NCBI GenBank assembly: GCA_039815185.1
Contig: JBCBZT010000021.1
Location: 60,192-124,191 of the forward strand
Length of the DNA: 64,000 nucleotides
From: Cyanobacteria bacterium P01_A01_bin.123
Lineage (GTDB): Bacteria; Cyanobacteriota; Cyanobacteriia; Phormidesmidales; Phormidesmidaceae
Direction of reading: 5' to 3'
In this document: piece by piece, positions 58,607 to 64,000 of the stretch
How the letters are laid out: each line of letters opens with the position of its first letter
Position numbering within the stretch: the stretch's first letter is position 1
Notes under the pieces: model-generated
The model's database searches: none
What the model was told of the DNA's origin: nothing
What the model saw: only the letters and a program-made list of their open reading frames with translations
Translations under genes and position numbers: made by a program

Positions 58607-61600
58607 GTGAGTTCTTACATGTCAGCAGCCTACCCACGAGCCTTGCAACGTCTCAGCGTTGAGCAGATACTGGATCCCCAACCCCTAACGGTTGATCCAG
58701 ATACAGCCGTCGCGGCTGTTGTTGAGCAGATGAGCCAGACGGTAGAACAGACCTGCCACCGCTCTGAAATTGCCCTCCATTCGTCTTCGACCGCCTTAAA
58801 CTGTGCCCTGGTTATGGCTGGGTACCAACTGCTGGGCATCTTTACAACGCGAGATTTAGTGCAACTCGTCGCGCAAGGGATGGATCTAAACGCGATCGCG
58901 GTTTCAGCGGTCATGACCCGACCCGTTATTGTCCTCAAGCGTTCCCAGGCCCACAGCATTTTTACTGTGCTGGCGACCTTGAAGCAGCACCAAATTCACC
59001 AGCTACCGATAGTAGATGAAGTTGGGAACCTGCTGGGGATCGTCACCCAAACCAGTCTGCTTCAAATTCTCGAACCCGCTGAGGTGCTAGCAGAAGTTGA
59101 ACAACTTCAGCAATTGAGCGAGGCTCAAACTGCCAGGCTAAATCAGGCTAACCAACAGCTTCAGCAGGCCAATCAAGCCGTGCAATCAGAAACTGCTGAG
59201 CGCCAACGATTAGAAGTGGCCTTACACCATGCCAACCAGGTGTTAGAAGAACGGGTTGGCATCCAAGCTGCTCAGCTCGTGCAGACCAATGAAGCGCTCA
59301 GACGGGAACGCGACTTCATCGCTGCGGTGCTAGATACGGTGGGTGCGTTAGTCACCGTACTGGATCAAGCGGGCAGAATTGTCAGATTCAATCGCACTTG
59401 TGAGCATGTCTCAGGCTATCGCGCTGATGAGGTACAGGGCCAACTCATTTGGGATGCCCTAATTCCGCCGAAAGAACAGGCCACGGTGCGTGCCGTTTTT
59501 CAACAGCTGACACAATCGCAATCGGCAAATCAGTATGAAAACTACTGGGTGAGCAAAGATGGGACGCGCAGGCTGATCAGCTGGTCGAACACGACGTTAA
59601 AGAACGCGGCTGGCGATGTTCAATATGTTATTGGCACAGGCATCGACGTGACTAGCCAGCGCCAAACCGAGCAAATCTTAGCCCGCCAGTATCGACAAGG
59701 GCACCTTTTGGGTGAAATTACTCGTAAAATTCGGGACTCCCTGGAGATAGAAGATATTCTCCAGACGGCTGTTACTGAGGTTAGAAAGCTTTTAGCCTGC
59801 GATCGCGTTGTGGTAATCAAGTGCGATACCCACCAAACGGGCCGCGTCATCCAAGAATCGATCCGGTCAGCCGATGAGACATTATCCCTGTTGAATCAGG
59901 TCGTGTCGGATCTGGCGTTGATGGCCCATCCCCCTATCGATACGCCTCAAGTTTGTGTTTGCCAAGATCTCAACTCAGCCCCCTGTTCGCTCTACAGCGC
60001 CGACTTCCTCAAGCAATATGGGGTTCGCGCCTGCATTGAAGTTGCCATTTATGTGGGTAATCAGTTCTGGGGGGTGATCACGGCTAGTCAAGGAGATCGG
60101 CCCCACCAGTGGGAAGCATTTGAAATCGATCTGATGCAGCAGCTTGCTAACCAGATGGGGGTTGCCCTCTCCCAGGCTCAACTGCTGCACAATTTAGAAT
60201 TTCAAGTTGCCCAACGGGCCCAGCAGCTGATTCAAACCAATCATCAACTGGAACGGGAAATCCAAGAGCGCATCCAAACCGAAAACGATCTGCGGGAGAG
60301 CCAGCAAAAGCTCGCAGGCATTCTCGACAATGCCGATGAAGCGATCATTTCGATCGATAGCCAGCAGCGAATCGTCCTCTACAACCAGGGTGCCGAGCGC
60401 ATCTTTGGCTATACCTTTGCTGAGGCACACCATCAGCCCCTCGACATTTTGCTACCCGCAGCATTCCAGCAGATCCATCGGCAGCATGTGCGTCATTTTG
60501 CGGCTTCCTCGCAGACCTCCCAATCCATGGCTCATCGGCAGCGAGACGTGCTGGGGCGGCGCCAAACGGGTGAAGTGTTTCCGGCGGCGGCTTCGATCTC
60601 AAAGCTGCAAACCAAGAGCGGCCAGTTGTTCACTGTCATTCTCAAAGACATTACCGACCAGCGCCAGTCTGAGGCGGCCCTCAGGCGCAGTGAAGAACAA
60701 CTGCGCCTGACCACAAACGCCCTGCCTGCACTAATCTGCTACGTCGATACTGAGCAACGATATTGCTTCAATAACCAAACCTACGAAGATTGGTTTAAAG
60801 TCCCGATTGCTGATCTGCGAGGGCGCTATGTTTGGGAGGTGATGGGCAGTGAGTACTACGCTCAAGTGCAACCTCATATCGACAAGGCGCTGTTGGGCCA
60901 GCGGGTCAGTTTTGAAGCGGAAATAACGCTTCCTGACGGGCGATCGCGCTACCTGTTGGCAACTTATATTCCGGAGGTAAACGATCAAGGTAAAGTCAAG
61001 GGATTTTTTGGGTTGACGAACGACATCAGCGATCGCAAAGCGACCGAACAGCTAAAAGATGAATTTGTCTCCGTGGTGGGGCATGAGCTGCGCACGCCAC
61101 TGACGTCTATTCACGGTTCGCTCAAGCTGTTAGCCACCCAGCGGCTCGGGACCCTAGTGCCTCAGGGACAAGAAATCTTAGCGATCGCCCTGAAAAATAC
61201 AGAACGGCTCACCCGTCTGATCAACGATGTCCTCGACTTAGAACGCATTGAATCAGGCCAGGTAACCTTGGCCATGCAGACCTGTAATGTTGCCGAGCTG
61301 ATGATACCCGCAGCTCAAGCCATGCAAACCATGGCTAACGACCACGGCGTGCAGCTATTGGTAACGCCCCTAGATGCAACGATTTGGGCTGATCCTGATC
61401 ACATGGCCCAGGTGCTGACCAACCTACTCAGCAACGCCATCAAGTTTTCGTCCGCCGATTCCACAGTGTGGCTGAACGCCGTTAACCGTGAGACCGATCT
61501 CATGCTTTATGTCAAAGACCAAGGGCGAGGTATTCCGCCTGATAAATTAGAAATAATATTCGAGCGCTTTCAACAAGTCGATGCCTCAGACTCACGACAG

Positions 61601-61729
61601 CGGGGGGGAACCGGTCTGGGGCTGGCCATCTGCAAACAAATCATGCGGCAGCACGGTGGCCAAATTTGGGCTGAAAGTACTATTGGTGAAGGCAGCACAG
61701 TCTTCTTAACGCTACCTATTAGGGAATAG
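58607..61729 (+). CDS. Sensor histidine kinase CBS-PAS-GAF-PAS-PAS-HisKA-HATPase
   Basis: CBS pair, PAS/PAC motifs, CBCR-like GAF, GHELRTPL, NLLSNAIKF, GGTGLGL. Confidence 0.93.
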   Translation: MSSYMSAAYPRALQRLSVEQILDPQPLTVDPDTAVAAVVEQMSQTVEQTCHRSEIALHSSSTALNCALVMAGYQLLGIFTTRDLVQLVAQGMDLNAIAVSAVMTRPVIVLKRSQAHSIFTVLATLKQHQIHQLPIVDEVGNLLGIVTQTSLLQILEPAEVLAEVEQLQQLSEAQTARLNQANQQLQQANQAVQSETAERQRLEVALHHANQVLEERVGIQAAQLVQTNEALRRERDFIAAVLDTVGALVTVLDQAGRIVRFNRTCEHVSGYRADEVQGQLIWDALIPPKEQATVRAVFQQLTQSQSANQYENYWVSKDGTRRLISWSNTTLKNAAGDVQYVIGTGIDVTSQRQTEQILARQYRQGHLLGEITRKIRDSLEIEDILQTAVTEVRKLLACDRVVVIKCDTHQTGRVIQESIRSADETLSLLNQVVSDLALMAHPPIDTPQVCVCQDLNSAPCSLYSADFLKQYGVRACIEVAIYVGNQFWGVITASQGDRPHQWEAFEIDLMQQLANQMGVALSQAQLLHNLEFQVAQRAQQLIQTNHQLEREIQERIQTENDLRESQQKLAGILDNADEAIISIDSQQRIVLYNQGAERIFGYTFAEAHHQPLDILLPAAFQQIHRQHVRHFAASSQTSQSMAHRQRDVLGRRQTGEVFPAAASISKLQTKSGQLFTVILKDITDQRQSEAALRRSEEQLRLTTNALPALICYVDTEQRYCFNNQTYEDWFKVPIADLRGRYVWEVMGSEYYAQVQPHIDKALLGQRVSFEAEITLPDGRSRYLLATYIPEVNDQGKVKGFFGLTNDISDRKATEQLKDEFVSVVGHELRTPLTSIHGSLKLLATQRLGTLVPQGQEILAIALKNTERLTRLINDVLDLERIESGQVTLAMQTCNVAELMIPAAQAMQTMANDHGVQLLVTPLDATIWADPDHMAQVLTNLLSNAIKFSSADSTVWLNAVNRETDLMLYVKDQGRGIPPDKLEIIFERFQQVDASDSRQRGGTGLGLAICKQIMRQHGGQIWAESTIGEGSTVFLTLPIRE

Positions 61730-61780
61730 CACTGCCACTCGCCGGCATTATTGTGGAAAACTCAACTTTAGAGAATTACC

Positions 61781-62167
61781 GTGCCGAGTAAACGTATCCT
61801 CCTAATTGACGACGAGCCAGATATCCACAGAATCGCCCAGATTGGCTTAATGATGGAAGCCGGATGGCAGATGCTAACAGCTTCATCTGGTGATGAGGGC
61901 CTCGATATTGCGATCAGGAAACAGCCAGACGCCATATTACTCGATGCCATGATGCCTGGCCGAGATGGGATCGCCACCTTAGAACAGTTGCGAATTATGC
62001 CAGAGACCCAAGACATTCCCGTGATTTTCTTAACCGCCAAAGCGCAGGCTGCCAGTCGACGCCAGTTTTATGCATTGGGCGCAAAGGGTGTGATCACTAA
62101 ACCATTTGATCCGACCACGCTAGCCAGCCAGATTGCAGGCTTTTTGGTTTGGGATCTCGCGCCTTAG
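61781..62167 (+). CDS. Single-domain (CheY/RcaF-like) response regulator
   Basis: ILLIDDE, ILLDAMMP, FLTAK, KPF. Confidence 0.93.
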   Translation: MPSKRILLIDDEPDIHRIAQIGLMMEAGWQMLTASSGDEGLDIAIRKQPDAILLDAMMPGRDGIATLEQLRIMPETQDIPVIFLTAKAQAASRRQFYALGAKGVITKPFDPTTLASQIAGFLVWDLAP

Positions 62168-62336
62168 TCCCTAACTGAAGCACCGCCCCATCCAGATTCA
62201 TAGTTTTCCCTAACCAGGCAATTCCCTCACAATATCCTCAAATTCTCTCTGTAGGGTACGAGCTGAAGGGAGTTTTCCCGCCGGATGAGCTTTCAAGGTT
62301 CAAGATTTATTTCTGCACAAGAAAAGGAGATTTGTA

Positions 62337-62507
62337 ATGGCTAGACTGCAAAAGGTGCTAACTTCTACAGGTCAGACGATTCAGCAGGCGATCGATTCTA
62401 TCATAGGAGCTGCTGGGCGCATTTTTAGCCCCAGTGATGATGAATATCCAGAGACTGGAGTTCAGCCGTTTGAAGGCGATATTCCAGAGACTCATCATCA
62501 TGATTAG
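62337..62507 (+). CDS. 56-aa small protein with RIFSPSDDEYPETGVQPFEGD motif (absent from the ORF track)
   Basis: Translated by hand; strong RBS AAAAGGAG; motif recognised from a family of small cyanobacterial proteins. Confidence 0.8.
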   Translation: MARLQKVLTSTGQTIQQAIDSIIGAAGRIFSPSDDEYPETGVQPFEGDIPETHHHD

Positions 62508-62554
62508 TTCTGTCGTCTTCCACCCATTGGGCTGAATTTAGACAGGCAAATCGA

Positions 62555-63100
62555 TTACTTGTTTGGCAGGGTAAACGTTTCGCTGGGTGGCATTGGTGGC
62601 CAAAGCTCATCGGGTCTGAGAATTGGCAGTGCATCCTCCTCTATGGGTTCCATGCCACCAATGCTGATTGGGGTGCCGACGACTGTGGCATCAACCAGAT
62701 TGAGATTTTCCATGGATGCGCCTGCAACGTCTACGTAATAGAGTTGAGCTTGAGCAAAATTAGCGTTGTCTAAGTCAGCCATGGCCAAGCTAGCGTTGGT
62801 CAAAAAGGCTCCCGTTAGGTTAGCGCCAGTGAGATCGGTTTTGGACAAATCCGCCCCTTCTAGGTTGGCCCAAGAGAGATCTGCCCCGGTCAGCTCTGCC
62901 CCGCGCAAATCGGCCCCAACGAGATGGGCTCCGCTCAGGTCTACCCCAATCAGATCGCAGCCAGCACAGCTATTGGTGATCAGCAATTGACGCACATTGG
63001 CAGATCGAGTGTCATCATCAAGGGGCGCTTCTGCTAGGGCGGAACTGGCGAGTAGCAAAGCTGACAACAAAGATAATGCGGCAAAATAGCGATTCTTCAT
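62555..63100 (-). CDS. Secreted pentapeptide-repeat protein
   Basis: Signal peptide, LL.TNSCAGCDL, A(D/N)LxG repeats. Confidence 0.92.
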   Translation of the reverse strand: MKNRYFAALSLLSALLLASSALAEAPLDDDTRSANVRQLLITNSCAGCDLIGVDLSGAHLVGADLRGAELTGADLSWANLEGADLSKTDLTGANLTGAFLTNASLAMADLDNANFAQAQLYYVDVAGASMENLNLVDATVVGTPISIGGMEPIEEDALPILRPDELWPPMPPSETFTLPNK

Positions 63101-63515
63101 AGCATCCTCCTTTCAGCATTGGTGCTGTGGCGGTTTGTCTAAGCCGTGTCTCAAACGACAGCGCTGTTCAGCAATGAAATCGTATCCAGATCTAGAAAAA
63201 TGCTTTGACTTCGAGAGAGATCAGGCTTAAAGAGAAGCCATGTTCATTTTTGACGGTTTCGTAACCCAGGCAAAAGCTTTGTTGATGGGAATGCTTTCGA
63301 CATTTGGCTGAGCTGAGCTCAAAACCACTTGATTAGGCTTAGTCCACTCTCTTCAATTGTTGCATGACTGGCGGTAAATGTTGGTGTTGGGCAATGAATT
63401 TAATGAAATGATACGTGCCCGCTAATCCTCATAAATTCCTCAAAGTGTTGATTTATAACGCTAGTTGGAGGTCATAAAAGAGACTTCCAAAGTTTGTTTT
63501 TTGGATTGGATTCTT

Positions 63516-64000
63516 ATGGTGCAAACGACATATACAAATCCAAATACAGCCAATACCCAGACCGATTTTATTCTTGAATTTGAGCAAGTTAGGATTCAAG
63601 ATATTCCGCTAGTCGGTGGCAAAAATGCCTCCCTGGGGGAAATGATTCAACAGCTAACCCACCACGGGGTTCGCGTTCCCACAGGCTTTGCAACCACCGC
63701 TTATGCCTATCGCTACTTTATTCAGCAGGCAGGCTTGGAAGAACGCTTGCGATCGCATCTAGCACACCTAGATATCGAAGACATTCAGGCACTCCGGTGC
63801 TGTGGTCAAAAGGTTCGATCCTTGATTCTCGAAACTCCGTTCCCTCCTGAGCTTGAAGCCGCTATTACCCAGGCCTACCTTAAACTCTGTGCTGACAGTC
63901 AGCATCAGGCGATTGATGTCGCCGTCCGCTCTAGTGCCACGGCAGAGGATCTCCCCGATGCTAGCTTTGCGGGCCAGCAGGAAACCTACCTTAACGTCCA
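63516..64000 (+). CDS. ppsA: Phosphoenolpyruvate synthase, 5' part (runs off the window)
   Basis: Translated by hand: DIPLVGGKNASLGEM..VPTGFATTA..VAVRSSATAEDLPDASFAGQQETYLNV. Confidence 0.95.
   Translation, partial: MVQTTYTNPNTANTQTDFILEFEQVRIQDIPLVGGKNASLGEMIQQLTHHGVRVPTGFATTAYAYRYFIQQAGLEERLRSHLAHLDIEDIQALRCCGQKVRSLILETPFPPELEAAITQAYLKLCADSQHQAIDVAVRSSATAEDLPDASFAGQQETYLNV

Larger units (their letters stand above)
1810..64000. repeat. HIP1 octamer GCGATCGC, highly iterated
   Basis: Dozens of copies in genes and intergenic DNA; none seen in the R-M segment. Confidence 0.95.

Noticed and set aside
26372..62990. Numerous 60-190 aa alternate-frame and antisense ORFs inside long genes
   Set aside because: Shadows of well-supported CDSs

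Overview
Chromosomal window from a cyanobacterium, probably filamentous and Leptolyngbya/Nodosilinea-like (HIP1 GCGATCGC is pervasive; nblR, petC and cyanobacterial DUF genes are present). From left to right: (1) an AT-rich type II restriction-modification pair (NspV-like). (2) A guanidine operon (gdmH-ghaA-glnT-like-ghaB-ABC binding protein-permease) under an NtcA box and a guanidine-I riboswitch; unusually, a GlnT/GmaS-type synthetase sits inside it and no ABC ATPase is adjacent. (3) cobQ. (4) An uncharacterised four-gene module: two paralogous ~100-aa helical proteins flanking a probably highly expressed 176-aa beta-sandwich protein and an HhH + related beta-sandwich protein. This is the best candidate for an undescribed system. 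(5) Housekeeping genes (cyclophilin, map, ftsE, NAD kinase, yqgF, smc, ridA). (6) Three class III nucleotide cyclase fusions, including Amt-HK-REC-cyclase. (7) nblR. (8) A sulfide/low-oxygen cluster (sqr, extra petC, rhodanese, YeeE pair, SqrR/BigR-like ArsR with a shared operator) bracketed by an RcaC/RcaE/RcaF-like phosphorelay, with TCCTCA-N5-TCCTCA boxes, an unannotated 56-aa ORF and the 5' end of ppsA. No rRNA, tRNA or CRISPR array was seen. All family calls come from motif recognition, not database searches.
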